Shown here: positions 53,001 through 61,897 of the stretch, piece by piece
How the letters are laid out: each line of letters opens with the position of its first letter
Numbering within the stretch: position 1 is the stretch's first letter
Assembly: GCA_036396535.1 (NCBI GenBank)
Contig: DASWKR010000058.1
Coordinates: 5,411-69,410 of the forward strand
Reading direction: 5' to 3'
DNA length: 64,000 bases
From: Acidimicrobiia bacterium
Lineage (GTDB): Bacteria; Actinomycetota; Acidimicrobiia; Spongiisociales; UBA5794
Program-made: the position numbers and the translations under genes
Notes under the pieces: generated by a model
The model's input: the letters and a program-made list of their open reading frames with translations, nothing else
The model's database searches: none
Told to the model about the DNA's origin: nothing

Positions 53001-53819
53001 CGGCCTGCTGAGGGTCGGCCTTCGCCTCACTCGCGGTGGCAGGTGAGGGCCGACGAACACGTGGTCCCTGCCGAGCTGCGGCGGCGCCTCGTCGCCCGCC
53101 GAGGCGTAGATGCCGGCGGTGGTGGCCAGGATCTCGTTGACTCGACGGAGGTCACGCCTCGCTCGCATCATCCCGGCGACGCCGGACGGGGTGATCGGAG
53201 TCCCACGGGCTGGCGTGATGACGAGACCCGACCGGCTCAGCACCGCTTCGAACCCTCCCGGAACGGCGAGTCGGGGGACGGACATCGGCAGCGAAGCCCG
53301 AGTCGCCCGCGGGGTGGCGAGCGGGTGTACCACCATGGGGAGCCTGCCCATGGCGGCGAGCACGTCGGCGACGGTGAAGGGGATCTCGTCGCCTTCCGGG
53401 AGGGCGAACACGAGCCGGGAGCGCTTGGCGGGGATGGCGAGCTCCGGCTGCGAGGGAGCCGTGTCGTTGGGCTCGGGAGGTTGGGGGGCGTCCGGGATGG
53501 CGCCGCCGGGGGAATCGGAGCGGTCGGGAGGAGCGGTCTCCCCCGCCTCCACGTCGTAGACGGCCCGCTCGCCGAGGTGCTGGTAGGCCAGCTCGAAGAC
53601 GAGACGGGCACCGTCGCCGGTCGGCCGGATCGCCGGGCTGTCCCCAGTGACGAGCTCGACGCCGTATCCCGAGACCGTGAAGGCGGCGAGGTCCTCGGCC
53701 CTGGCGATGTCGACGACGAGATCGGGGACCGGATCGGGCGGCGTCATCGGCCCGAAGACGTGACGCCATGCTGCGCCGAAACGCAGATCGTCTACGCGAC
53801 CGCGGCGGCGGTCGACCAT
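50058..53819 (-). CDS. giant hypothetical protein A (about 1250 aa; helical insert; beta-repeat C-terminus, possibly DUF6603-like)
   Basis: GGAGG RBS before ATG 53819; long uninterrupted ORF with normal composition; amphipathic beta-hairpin C-terminus. Confidence 0.85.
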   Translation of the reverse strand: MVDRRRGRVDDLRFGAAWRHVFGPMTPPDPVPDLVVDIARAEDLAAFTVSGYGVELVTGDSPAIRPTGDGARLVFELAYQHLGERAVYDVEAGETAPPDRSDSPGGAIPDAPQPPEPNDTAPSQPELAIPAKRSRLVFALPEGDEIPFTVADVLAAMGRLPMVVHPLATPRATRASLPMSVPRLAVPGGFEAVLSRSGLVITPARGTPITPSGVAGMMRARRDLRRVNEILATTAGIYASAGDEAPPQLGRDHVFVGPHLPPRVRRRPTLSRPPEPLETAIEAPFRLQISPSEQGGWAHSTGPVRDPDSPHRVELWHSRLGVREDGATGAVDEGAAGQRIIRAIWARDREAMPDWEQRRDAVHANFPFRMSLDPDDRHILVRQSAETWLDSKNSPISPEPVDVNSLYVSSLGAWLDVHGLWDTDPYTSWEEGDPSSAMAAILSWDHIAPMGRDQYVRVTYPGYLYPVGPKATLVKLTERKMKKAAPSLAALYQKKFLIVNEPVVRFDDTRFPFREVRLAPLVTPTLFPDPGAGQNKHFFPMVANQRFHFVLHCTDWEGRKVRLRAQLMWVSDSYHDYADIDGTYATDPARFVAASGQDVAYAEPTKSGDTTVPTNQIQLGGAARNHGSNPKLVDAVVELPAVQQLSAVGPVTIKYPDAFTGFGGGNVGEVWAEVKDAGKELAFGGNGAGSDKAGGFIQPNLKIGGLSRVKGVIGDPVQAALGAFDPTDILASIALPKLFGIVELTDILEAVGLDGAPSVVSEALDRIESFMLDLERLEQVVQDAVDEAIAEVERAQAKVVDGVGQELVDAAEQARAQVEALQQLVAGNPPGSGAAGAVIAAIESLTASSEIADVIDALDQPTTDLSAAAAQIKTVAPLLPPLVRQQLLSMAAVLDELATAVDLFEDVLAFVKGFATSGIQATYRFEWKPEMKSWPSNATPILQLEKDSFVLAVEGRAAGNDGMKVDVLAELRDFELLLLPDEPLVRFRFDHISFHAGSSGKPEVDVVLQDIEFLGILGFIERLKDLIPFDGFSDPPYLDVSAEGITAGFTLALPSVAVGVFNLSNISLGADVRVPFLGEAVTVGFNFCTRERPFTLAVLFIGGGGWCMLRLSPDGLDLLEVGLEAGAVLSVDFGVASGSVSAMLGIYMRLEGDGGSLAGYFRLRGEVDVLGLISASIELYLELLYDFATGKMVGSASLTVKVEVFMFSMSVTIRTERRFAGSNGDPDFVDVMGLEADGSSPAWSEYCLAFAGA

Positions 53820-53933
53820 GGGTCCTCCCATGCTCCCGCCGCACGCACAGCCATGGCCACCGGCGGTGGCCCGTGTCCAGTTCTAGCGAATCGAGATGCC
53901 CCGTGGGGAGGTTTCTCCGACGACCGCCGAAGC

Positions 53934-54155
53934 TCAGCCTCGGAACCGTGCGATGACGGCGAGAAGCACGGTGAGCCCGATGCTCGTCAGGATCATCGAC
54001 GTGACCGGGATGTAGACCCGCGTCGTGTCACGTTCGATGCGGATGTCGCCCGGGAGCCGTCCGAACCACGAGACGAGCCACGGGGCGAACCTGAGCACCA
54101 CACCGGCGGCAACGACGACGATCCCGATGGCGACGAGCGTGTTCCCGAGCCGCAT
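53934..54155 (-). CDS. DUF2905 family small membrane protein
   Basis: GRLPGDIRIE...VYIPVTSMIL.S signature. Confidence 0.9.
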   Translation of the reverse strand: MRLGNTLVAIGIVVVAAGVVLRFAPWLVSWFGRLPGDIRIERDTTRVYIPVTSMILTSIGLTVLLAVIARFRG

Positions 54156-54202
54156 AGCAATGAATCATGCATGCCGGCCCGGCGCGCCGCGCCGTGGCGA
54201 GG

Positions 54203-56653
54203 TCACACTTTGAGGCGCTCGTTCCCCGGGTCGTACAGGGGACCGGCGACCACCGTCCCGGCGAACCGCCTGCCCGTGTACTGAACCGTCAGCCGGGTGC
54301 CCGGCTCGGCGTGGCTCGGGCCGACGAAGGCGTGGGCGATGAAGGCCCCCACCGTGTACCCGTACTCGCCTCCCGCCACCCTGCCGACCACCTCGTCGTC
54401 GTCGAGGACCGGCTCCCATCCGTACATGAGCGCTTCCGGTTCGTCGAAGCGAAGGGTCACGAGTTGTGAGGCGAGGCCCGCCTGGCGGGCGTCGATCGCC
54501 GCCTGCCTCCCGACGAAGTCCTTGTCCGGTGCGAGGGTCCATCCCATCCCGGCCTCGAACGGGTTGATCTCGGGAGTCAGGTCCGATCCGGTCAGGCGAT
54601 AGCCCTTCTCGATCCGCAGCGAGAACACAGAGGCGATGCCGACGGGGGTCATGTCGACGTGGCGACCCGCCTCCCAGAGCGTGTCCCACAGGTGGAGGCC
54701 GAAGCCGACGGGGGCGTAGATCTCCCAGCCGAGCTCGCCGACGTACGAGATGCGCATGGCGATCGCCGGCGCCATGCCGACCCCGATCGGCCTCGCCGAG
54801 TACCAGGGGAAGGCGTCGCTGTCGAGGTCGGCGGTCGTCACACGCTCCAGGACCTGGCGTGCCCGCGGGCCCCACAGCCCCACCGCGACGTGCTCTTCGG
54901 TACGGTCGACGATCGTCACTGATCCGTCCGGCGGCGCCAGCGAACGGTAGTAGGCCAGCTCGGCCGGGAGGTTGCTCCGGCCGGTGAGCAACCAGAAACG
55001 GTCCTCGGAGAGCCGGGTGATCGTCACGTCGCGCCTCACCGTGCCACGAGGCGTCAAGACGAGGGTGTAGACCATCGACCCGACCGGCCTGTCGACGTCG
55101 TTGGTGCACAGGTATTGGAGATAGCCGAGGGCCCCGGGTCCGGAGACTTCGACGGGTCCGATGGCGGCCGACCAGTCCACGAGCCCGACGTTGTCACGGA
55201 TGGCGAGGTGCTCAGCACCAATCAGCGGGCTCCACGCGGTGGCGTCGTACCCGGAGCGGGGCGGGATCCGGCCTTCGTAGCGGGCTACCAGGGGCTCGTT
55301 GCCGCGGTAGAGCCACGGGGTCTCGATTCCCGCCAGGGGAACGAGCTCGGCGCCGAGCGCTTCGAGCCGAGCGTGATAGGGCGACAGGCGCAGGTTGCGG
55401 ACGTCGGAGGCCACCTGGTTCGGGTGGAGGATGTCGAAACCGATCTCGTAGAAGTACTTGCTCTGTCTGCTGAGGAAGGTGTGGTTCGACTGGTGGGCGT
55501 GGAATCGGTTCACGTCGGCAGGGGTGACATCGAAGCCGGGGTCGCCTTCGGTCATCCACCTCGCCATCACCCGCCCCACCTCCGAGGCGAACGACAGCCA
55601 CGCCCCGACGGCGGTCCACAGCCCGGCGACGAGTGCCGACTCGCCCATGATCGGGTAGTGGTCGGCGGTGAAGGCGAACATCCCGTTGAAGCCGCGCGAG
55701 ATCGTCGCTCCGGCGAGAGACGGCATGTGGTACTGCATCAGACGCCACGCCTCGGCGAAGTCGTCGGGCGTGAATGGACGCTCGGACGACTCCCCGAGGT
55801 CGGAAGGCTCGACGAGGCGAGCCGGATGGTGATAGCTGCCGATGCCGAGGTGGTCGTGGTATTGGCGGAAGTACACAGAGATGTCGTCCATGGCGACGAT
55901 CGGCATGGTGTTCTCCACGTGCATGCGGTCGGCGAGCGCCGCGATCGAGTCGGTGAAGGCGAACTGGTGCTCGCCCGGGAACAGCGGCATCGGGACGCCG
56001 AGCTTGCCGGCCAGGATCGGTGCCCAGATGTTCGAGCAGAGGACGACGCGTTCGCACTCGATGCGCGGCATCTCCGGGTTGCCGGTGAGGACGCCGGTGA
56101 CCCTGGCGCTCTCCGCCAGGATCTCCGTGACCTCGGTATCGCGGTACCACCTCGCCCTCCCCGTCGCCTCGGCGACGCGCCGCATCGCCGTGGCGATCCG
56201 AGACGTGTTCACGGTGCCTGCGCTCGGCACCAGCATGCCGCCGACGATCGTCGCCGGGTCGATCAACGGAACGTGCCCGCAGACCTCGTCCGGCGTCAGC
56301 AGCTCGGCCGCCTCGCCCAGCGCCATCCCCCGCTCCTGGATCCGTAGGTAGCTCTCGAGCCGCTCCTGGGTCGACGCCACCTGCATGAGCCCGGTCCTGA
56401 AGAACTGCTCCTCGCCGTCGACGGCGAGGGGCAAGGCGTCGTACACCCGGCGCGAGGCGGCTCCGAGCTTCGTGAAGAACGGCGAGATCGTCAGGGTCCG
56501 CAGCCCACCGGGGGCGTGCGAGGTGGAGCCGTCGTTGTGGTCGAGGTCGCCCTTGTCGAGGACGACGACACCGTCGACACCACTGTCCGCCAGGTGAAAG
56601 GCGACGCTCGTGCCGACGACGCCGGCGCCGATGACTACGGTGTCGGCTTGCAT
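54203..56653 (-). CDS. FAD-dependent oxidoreductase with GcvT domain (dimethylglycine/sarcosine dehydrogenase family)
   Basis: VIGAGVVG, GSTSHAPG, FTADHYPIMG, RISYVGELGWEIY, SLRIEKGYR and YDPGNERLK motifs. Confidence 0.93.
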   Translation of the reverse strand: MQADTVVIGAGVVGTSVAFHLADSGVDGVVVLDKGDLDHNDGSTSHAPGGLRTLTISPFFTKLGAASRRVYDALPLAVDGEEQFFRTGLMQVASTQERLESYLRIQERGMALGEAAELLTPDEVCGHVPLIDPATIVGGMLVPSAGTVNTSRIATAMRRVAEATGRARWYRDTEVTEILAESARVTGVLTGNPEMPRIECERVVLCSNIWAPILAGKLGVPMPLFPGEHQFAFTDSIAALADRMHVENTMPIVAMDDISVYFRQYHDHLGIGSYHHPARLVEPSDLGESSERPFTPDDFAEAWRLMQYHMPSLAGATISRGFNGMFAFTADHYPIMGESALVAGLWTAVGAWLSFASEVGRVMARWMTEGDPGFDVTPADVNRFHAHQSNHTFLSRQSKYFYEIGFDILHPNQVASDVRNLRLSPYHARLEALGAELVPLAGIETPWLYRGNEPLVARYEGRIPPRSGYDATAWSPLIGAEHLAIRDNVGLVDWSAAIGPVEVSGPGALGYLQYLCTNDVDRPVGSMVYTLVLTPRGTVRRDVTITRLSEDRFWLLTGRSNLPAELAYYRSLAPPDGSVTIVDRTEEHVAVGLWGPRARQVLERVTTADLDSDAFPWYSARPIGVGMAPAIAMRISYVGELGWEIYAPVGFGLHLWDTLWEAGRHVDMTPVGIASVFSLRIEKGYRLTGSDLTPEINPFEAGMGWTLAPDKDFVGRQAAIDARQAGLASQLVTLRFDEPEALMYGWEPVLDDDEVVGRVAGGEYGYTVGAFIAHAFVGPSHAEPGTRLTVQYTGRRFAGTVVAGPLYDPGNERLKV

Positions 56654-56724
56654 GATGTCACCCCACAGTCCTCGGGGCCGACACTGTACGGCGTCGACGC
56701 CATCGTTCGGATCGCCCGACTTTC

Positions 56725-56766
56725 TTGACCGGCCGGGGGGCCCTCGGTATCGTATATTGTGTACGA
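56725..56766 (+). promoter_or_regulatory. sigma-A promoter with overlapping GntR-type operator
   Basis: TTGACC-17nt-TATCGT; inverted repeat TCGTATA-TTG-TGTACGA at 56750-56766. Confidence 0.7.
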
Positions 56767-56846
56767 AAGCCGTTTTCGTCGTGCTATAAGGCCGCGGTTC
56801 CCCCTGCCCGGGCTTTGCGGGAGTGGAGCCGGGAGGAGGAGCTCTT

Positions 56847-58202
56847 GTGTCGATGATCACACGTGCAACGACCCGACCGAGATCACCCGGGAGGGCACGA
56901 AGGCGGGGTCTGGCGCTGCTGCTGGCAGTCGGCCTCGTGTTCGCAGCCTGCGGGGGCGATGGTGATTCCACGACCACGGCTGCGCCCGGTGGCGACACGA
57001 CGGCTGCGCCGGGCGAGGAGATGACGCTCACCGTGTGGGCCTCTCGCGAGTACTACGTCCCGCCAGACCAGTTCGCCAGTTTCACGGCCGAGCACCCGAA
57101 CGTGACGGTCGAGTTCCAGATCCAGTCGAACGACGACATGCTCCAGCAGCTGTTGCGGATGCGCGACGCAGGTCAGCAGCTTCCGGACGTGCTCGGCGCC
57201 GAGGATGCGTTCCTCATCGAGGCATTCGTCGACGCCGGCCTGATCGAATCCCACGACGAGATCGCGGCCGACTGGCAGGCCGAGGACCCGGAGCAGTACG
57301 ACCTGCTCCTGCCGCTCGCCTGGGACGAGACGAGTCTCGACGGCGTCAAATACGGGTTGTCGGTCACGGCCAACTTCGATGTCCTCTACTACAACAGCCC
57401 TTGGTTCGAGGAGGCTGGCCTGACGCCTCCGTTCGAGACCCTCGACGACGTCCTGGAGGCGATGCGGGCCCTGAAGGCGGCACGACCGGACGGAATCCCG
57501 CTGACGGTCCAGGCACAAGCCGGTGAGGGAGTCACGACGCTCAAGACGATGCTCAGCGCGGCGGGCGCACCCTTCGAGGGTGCCGTGCCCGATCTGACGT
57601 CTGATGCAGGCGTGTACGTCCTCGACTGGTTCATCCAGGCCTCCAACGAGGGTCTGCTTCCCGAGGAGGCGATCGCCTGGGGTGAGGACCTGTCGAGGGC
57701 TGCCTTCGTGTCGGGAGATGCCGGGCTGATCCTCGACGGCTTCACCACCGCCGGCGACTTCAACGAGGCTCCGGACTTCGACTACCCCGACCAGTGGAAC
57801 ATCACGCAAGTGCCGACGGCGACCGGGACCGGCTCCGAGGGTGAGGCCATCTCGTCTGCGAGGACCTGGGCGGTCCTTGCAGGTTCGGAACACCCGGACG
57901 AGGCGGCGCTCATCCTCAGGTACATCTCGGAGACCGAGAATTTGGTCGCCGCGGTGTTCGAGGGTTCGGTGCCGATGCGCCAGACCGAGGCGATCAACGA
58001 TCCGTCGCTCGCCGAGTACTGGCCGTTCTTCACCGAGGAGCTCAAGCAGGTGTACCTCGACAGCGCTCCGGTGCCGGCCGGGCCCAACGCAGGCTCGGTC
58101 GAGGAGATCCTCGAGCAGCTGTTCGGCGAGATCGTCGTCGGAACCGACATGACCGGTGCGGAGCTCGCAGCCAAGTACCAGCCGCAGCTCGACGAAGCCT
58201 GA
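56847..58202 (+). CDS. carbohydrate ABC solute-binding lipoprotein (family 1)
   Basis: VFAAC lipobox, LTVW, FTAEHPNVTVEF, PDV and LYYN..WFEEAGL; GGAGGAGG RBS. Confidence 0.9.
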   Translation: MSMITRATTRPRSPGRARRRGLALLLAVGLVFAACGGDGDSTTTAAPGGDTTAAPGEEMTLTVWASREYYVPPDQFASFTAEHPNVTVEFQIQSNDDMLQQLLRMRDAGQQLPDVLGAEDAFLIEAFVDAGLIESHDEIAADWQAEDPEQYDLLLPLAWDETSLDGVKYGLSVTANFDVLYYNSPWFEEAGLTPPFETLDDVLEAMRALKAARPDGIPLTVQAQAGEGVTTLKTMLSAAGAPFEGAVPDLTSDAGVYVLDWFIQASNEGLLPEEAIAWGEDLSRAAFVSGDAGLILDGFTTAGDFNEAPDFDYPDQWNITQVPTATGTGSEGEAISSARTWAVLAGSEHPDEAALILRYISETENLVAAVFEGSVPMRQTEAINDPSLAEYWPFFTEELKQVYLDSAPVPAGPNAGSVEEILEQLFGEIVVGTDMTGAELAAKYQPQLDEA

Positions 58203-58242
58203 GGCGACTTGGCGCGCAGTTTCGACGAGCACCGACTGTGAC

Positions 58243-58286
58243 CGGGTGCACCCGCGACGCCATTCGAGGGGTCGCGGGTGCACTCG
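58243..58286 (+). terminator. strong intra-operon stem-loop after the solute-binding protein gene
   Basis: CGGGTGCACCCGCGAC ... GTCGCGGGTGCACTCG, a 16-bp stem with one G-U pair on the sense strand. Confidence 0.65.
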
Positions 58287-58314
58287 CGTTGCGATTCGTG
58301 ACCGGTCGCGCTAG

Positions 58315-59256
58315 ATGACCGGCCGCCTCTCTGCCCCGACGCGCAAGGAGCGCAGGGCCGCCGCCGAGAGCGCCCGCGACACGGCGATGATCGGCCACAG
58401 CAAGGCGACGCCGTATCTCTTCAGCCTCCCGGCGATCATCGGGGTGGCCGCCATCCTCGGCTTCCCGGTGCTCTACGGCATCTGGGAGAGCTTCTACCGG
58501 CCGGACAGCCTCGGTGCGCCGAAGGAGTACGTCGGGTTCGACAACTACGTCGAGATGGTGCGTTCCCCCGACTTCTGGCACTCACTCAACCGCACCGCTG
58601 TCTTCGTCTTCGGCAGCCTCATCGTCGGCACCGCCCTCGGGCTGTTCTTCGCATTCGCCCTGTTCCGGGTGGTCGGCAAGCTGCGATTCCTGCGGGCGGT
58701 CACTGTGGCGCCGTACATCATCTCGAACGTCGCCGCCGTCGTCATGTTTCGCATCCTCTTCAACACCCAGTTCGGATTGATCAACCGCACGATCGAGTTC
58801 TTCGGTCTCGATGGCCTCGGGTGGCTCTCCGATCCCGGTCTGGCGATGGTCGTCGTCGTCCTGGCGCAGGTGTGGACCGACCTGCCGCTCACGATCCTCA
58901 TCCTCCTCGGCGGCTTGATGACCGTCGACAGGTCCCTGCTGGACGCAGCCTTGGTGGACGGGGCGAGCGGCTGGAAGCGCGCTCGATTCCTCACCATCCC
59001 CCTCCTGACGCCCCAGCTCGTGATCAGCACCGTTTGGCTGAGCTACTCGACGCTCACGGGACTCGGAGTCGTGCTCGCCATGACCGGGGGCGGTCCGTTG
59101 AAGGCGACCCAGACGCTGGCGATGGAGATGTACACCGTGGCGTTCCGCAGGCTCCAGTTCAATCAGGCGCTGGCGATCGCGACGTTCATCCTGCTGCTCA
59201 ACGCGGTGCTCACGCTCGTATACGTGCGTGTCGCCAGGAAGTACGAATACGAATGA
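58315..59256 (+). CDS. carbohydrate ABC permease
   Basis: YVGFDNY and EAA-like loop LLDAALVDGAS..KRARFLTIPLL. Confidence 0.92.
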   Translation: MTGRLSAPTRKERRAAAESARDTAMIGHSKATPYLFSLPAIIGVAAILGFPVLYGIWESFYRPDSLGAPKEYVGFDNYVEMVRSPDFWHSLNRTAVFVFGSLIVGTALGLFFAFALFRVVGKLRFLRAVTVAPYIISNVAAVVMFRILFNTQFGLINRTIEFFGLDGLGWLSDPGLAMVVVVLAQVWTDLPLTILILLGGLMTVDRSLLDAALVDGASGWKRARFLTIPLLTPQLVISTVWLSYSTLTGLGVVLAMTGGGPLKATQTLAMEMYTVAFRRLQFNQALAIATFILLLNAVLTLVYVRVARKYEYE

Positions 59257-60185
59257 CGTCGGAGTACAGGCCCGAGGACGAGGCGCCGCTGGCCGCCGAG
59301 ACGGCGGCGGCTGCCGAGGCGGTGATCGGGCCGCCCCCCGCCGGCCGCCCCGCCATGACGCTGCGACGCGGGCTGCGCCAAGCCCTCCTGATCTTGCCGC
59401 TCGTCCTGCTCGTCGTGTGGACCGTGATGCCCTTCATCGTCACGCTCTCGGTGTCGTTCAAGCACCGCGCCCAGGTCTTCGCCGACCCTTCGATCATCCC
59501 CGACCTTCCGACGCTCACCGCCTACAAGGAGGTGCTGGGCAGCGAGAGCTTCACGACCTCGTTCGTCAACAGCGTGGTCGTCGGGGCAGGTACGACCGCG
59601 CTGACACTCATCGTCGGGGTGCCGGCTGCATACGCCTTCGCCAGGTTCCGGTTCCGGGGAAGGCACTTTCTCCTGCTCTTCGCACTGCTGCCCCGCCTCG
59701 TCCCGAGCCTCGGCCTGATGGTCCCGATCTACCGGCTGGCGGTGGCGGCGGGTCTCCTGGACAAACGGATCACGCTGATCATCGTCTACACCGGGATGCT
59801 CCTGCCCCTCGCGGTGTGGCTGATGCTCGGCTTCTTCCAGCAGATACCGAAGTCGATCGAGGAGGCGGCCAGCGTCGACGGCGCCACCCTATGGGGGAGG
59901 CTGCGGTACATCGTCGCGCCGCTGGCGGCCCCCGCGATGATCACGGTCGGGGTGCTCGCCTTCCGGGAGGCTTGGAACGAGTTCACGCTGGTGCTGGTGC
60001 TGACCACGTCACCGGGCAACAGGACGCTCCCGTACGAGCTCTACCAGATGCAGGGCATCGAGGGACTGGCGAACTTCCCGGGAGAGGCTGCCTTCGCAAT
60101 GTTGACCGTCGTACCGTTCGTGCTCGTCTACTCGAGGGTCGAGCGGTACGTGGTCGCCGGGCTCGTGACCGGTTCCGGGAAGTGA
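59253..60185 (+). CDS. carbohydrate ABC permease
   Basis: AYAFARFRF, IPKSIEEAASVDGA and AWNEF motifs; ATGA overlap. Confidence 0.92.
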   Translation: MTSEYRPEDEAPLAAETAAAAEAVIGPPPAGRPAMTLRRGLRQALLILPLVLLVVWTVMPFIVTLSVSFKHRAQVFADPSIIPDLPTLTAYKEVLGSESFTTSFVNSVVVGAGTTALTLIVGVPAAYAFARFRFRGRHFLLLFALLPRLVPSLGLMVPIYRLAVAAGLLDKRITLIIVYTGMLLPLAVWLMLGFFQQIPKSIEEAASVDGATLWGRLRYIVAPLAAPAMITVGVLAFREAWNEFTLVLVLTTSPGNRTLPYELYQMQGIEGLANFPGEAAFAMLTVVPFVLVYSRVERYVVAGLVTGSGK

Positions 60186-60204
60186 CCCGGTCTCGAGGCA
60201 ACCC

Positions 60205-61134
60205 GTGACCAAGGCCGTCGTGCCCGAGTATCTGCCTGCCGAGCAGTTGGCGCGCCTATCCGGCGCATTCGAGGTGGTCTACGACCCGGACCTCCATGCC
60301 GACCGCGCCGCCCTCCTCGCCGAGCTCGCCGGGGCCGAGGCGGTGTTGATCCGGAACCGGACCCGCATCGACTCGGAGCTGCTGGCGTCGGCGGCACGCC
60401 TGCGGATCGTCGGACGCCTCGGCGTGGGGCTCGACAACATCGACCTGACGGCGTGCTCGAAGGCCGGCGTCGCCGTCATCCCGGCGATCGGCGTCAACGC
60501 CGTCTCGGTCGCCGAGTACGTGATGGGCGCCATGCTCGTCCTGGTTCGGGGCGTCTTCTCGATGACCGCCGCGATGGTGGCGGGCGAGTGGCCCCGCCAG
60601 GGACACGCCTTCGGCCGGGAGCTGCGCGGCAAGACACTCGGCCTCGTCGGATTCGGTGCGATCGCCCGGCACGTCGCCGAGCGGGCCGCCGCCTTCGAGA
60701 TGAGGGTGATGGCCTTCGACCCCGGCGTCCCGGCCGGTGATCCGGCGTGGCGATCTGCCGAGCGGGTGGATCTCGACCAACTCGTCGCCGACGCCGACGT
60801 CATCAGCCTCCACACTCCGCTCACGGATGAGACGAGGAACCTCATCGGCCCGTCCATGATCGAGAAGATGAGACCAGGCACCGTCCTGATCAACACCGCG
60901 CGCGGCGGCATCGTCGACGAAGACGCCCTGGCGAGAGCCCTCAGGGATCGGAGGCTCGGCGGGGCGGCGATCGACGTGTTCGCATCGGAGCCGCTGCGGG
61001 GCGAAGACGCCGCCAGGTTCGCCGGGATCGACAACCTCATCCTGTCACCGCACCTCGCAGGCAACTCGCACGAGGCCGTGGACGAAGTGGCCGACATGAT
61101 CGTCGACGCGGTGATCGGCGCCCTGCAGCCATGA
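60205..61134 (+). CDS. D-isomer specific 2-hydroxyacid dehydrogenase
   Basis: RLGVGLDNID, GFGAIA, SLHTPLT, INTARG, DVF..EP and SPHLAG motifs. Confidence 0.93.
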   Translation: MTKAVVPEYLPAEQLARLSGAFEVVYDPDLHADRAALLAELAGAEAVLIRNRTRIDSELLASAARLRIVGRLGVGLDNIDLTACSKAGVAVIPAIGVNAVSVAEYVMGAMLVLVRGVFSMTAAMVAGEWPRQGHAFGRELRGKTLGLVGFGAIARHVAERAAAFEMRVMAFDPGVPAGDPAWRSAERVDLDQLVADADVISLHTPLTDETRNLIGPSMIEKMRPGTVLINTARGGIVDEDALARALRDRRLGGAAIDVFASEPLRGEDAARFAGIDNLILSPHLAGNSHEAVDEVADMIVDAVIGALQP

Positions 61135-61189
61135 GCCTCGCCGCCGCCCCTCCACCGTCGACGATGGAACCGGCCGAGGGGAGACGCCC

Positions 61190-61870
61190 ATGACCGATGT
61201 CGAGCGCTTCCGGCTGGAGAACGTGTCGACCCGTCCGGGAACCGCCGTCGACGTGGTCAGGGACGTCCTGCGGGTCGCCATCCTGCGCGGGGATCTGCCC
61301 GGCGGCACCCGGCTCGTGCAGACGGAGATCGCAAACCGGCTCGGCGTGAGCACGACTCCGGTGCGTGAGGCGATGCGCGACCTCGCCGCCGAAGGTCTCG
61401 TGATGATGGACAGCCACCGAATCGGGACGGTCAGGACACCCGACTGGGACGAGATGGTCGAGATCGTCGAGATCCGGCATGCGTTGGAGCATGTCGCCCT
61501 CGCTCGGGCCATCGAGAACATCGCCGAGGACGAGATGGAGGCCGCCAGGGCCCTCGCAGACGAGCTCGCCGTGGAGGAGGACCTGGGGACCTGGATGCAC
61601 AAGAACATCCAGTTTCACTCCATCCTCCACTCGGCGACGAGGACGAGACGGCTGGGTGGGATCCTGGCGTCGCTCGAGGAGGCCGGGGGCGTGTTCGTTG
61701 CGCAGTCGCAGGTCCTCAACCCCGAGATCCGGAGTCGCGCCGTCGCCGAGCACTTCGAGATCCTCGAAGCGGTGGCCGAACGCGACCTCGAGCGTGCGGT
61801 CGAGATCATGCGAGGCCACGTCAAGCTCTCGATCGAGGTCTCGGACGCCCAGGCGGGGACGGTTCGCTGA
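61190..61870 (+). CDS. GntR family (FCD) transcriptional regulator
   Basis: LGVSTTPVREAM HTH; FCD motifs N..FH and EH..IL. Confidence 0.94.
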   Translation: MTDVERFRLENVSTRPGTAVDVVRDVLRVAILRGDLPGGTRLVQTEIANRLGVSTTPVREAMRDLAAEGLVMMDSHRIGTVRTPDWDEMVEIVEIRHALEHVALARAIENIAEDEMEAARALADELAVEEDLGTWMHKNIQFHSILHSATRTRRLGGILASLEEAGGVFVAQSQVLNPEIRSRAVAEHFEILEAVAERDLERAVEIMRGHVKLSIEVSDAQAGTVR

Positions 61871-61897
61871 GCACGACCGACCGAGCCTCTCCGGGCG

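Noticed and set aside
45500-54200. Mobile element or prophage carrying the giant genes
   Set aside because: No integrase, transposase, phage structural motifs, tRNA attachment site or obvious compositional shift
50049-54284. 1411-aa plus-strand ORF
   Set aside because: Antisense shadow of giant gene A caused by GC3 bias; no motifs
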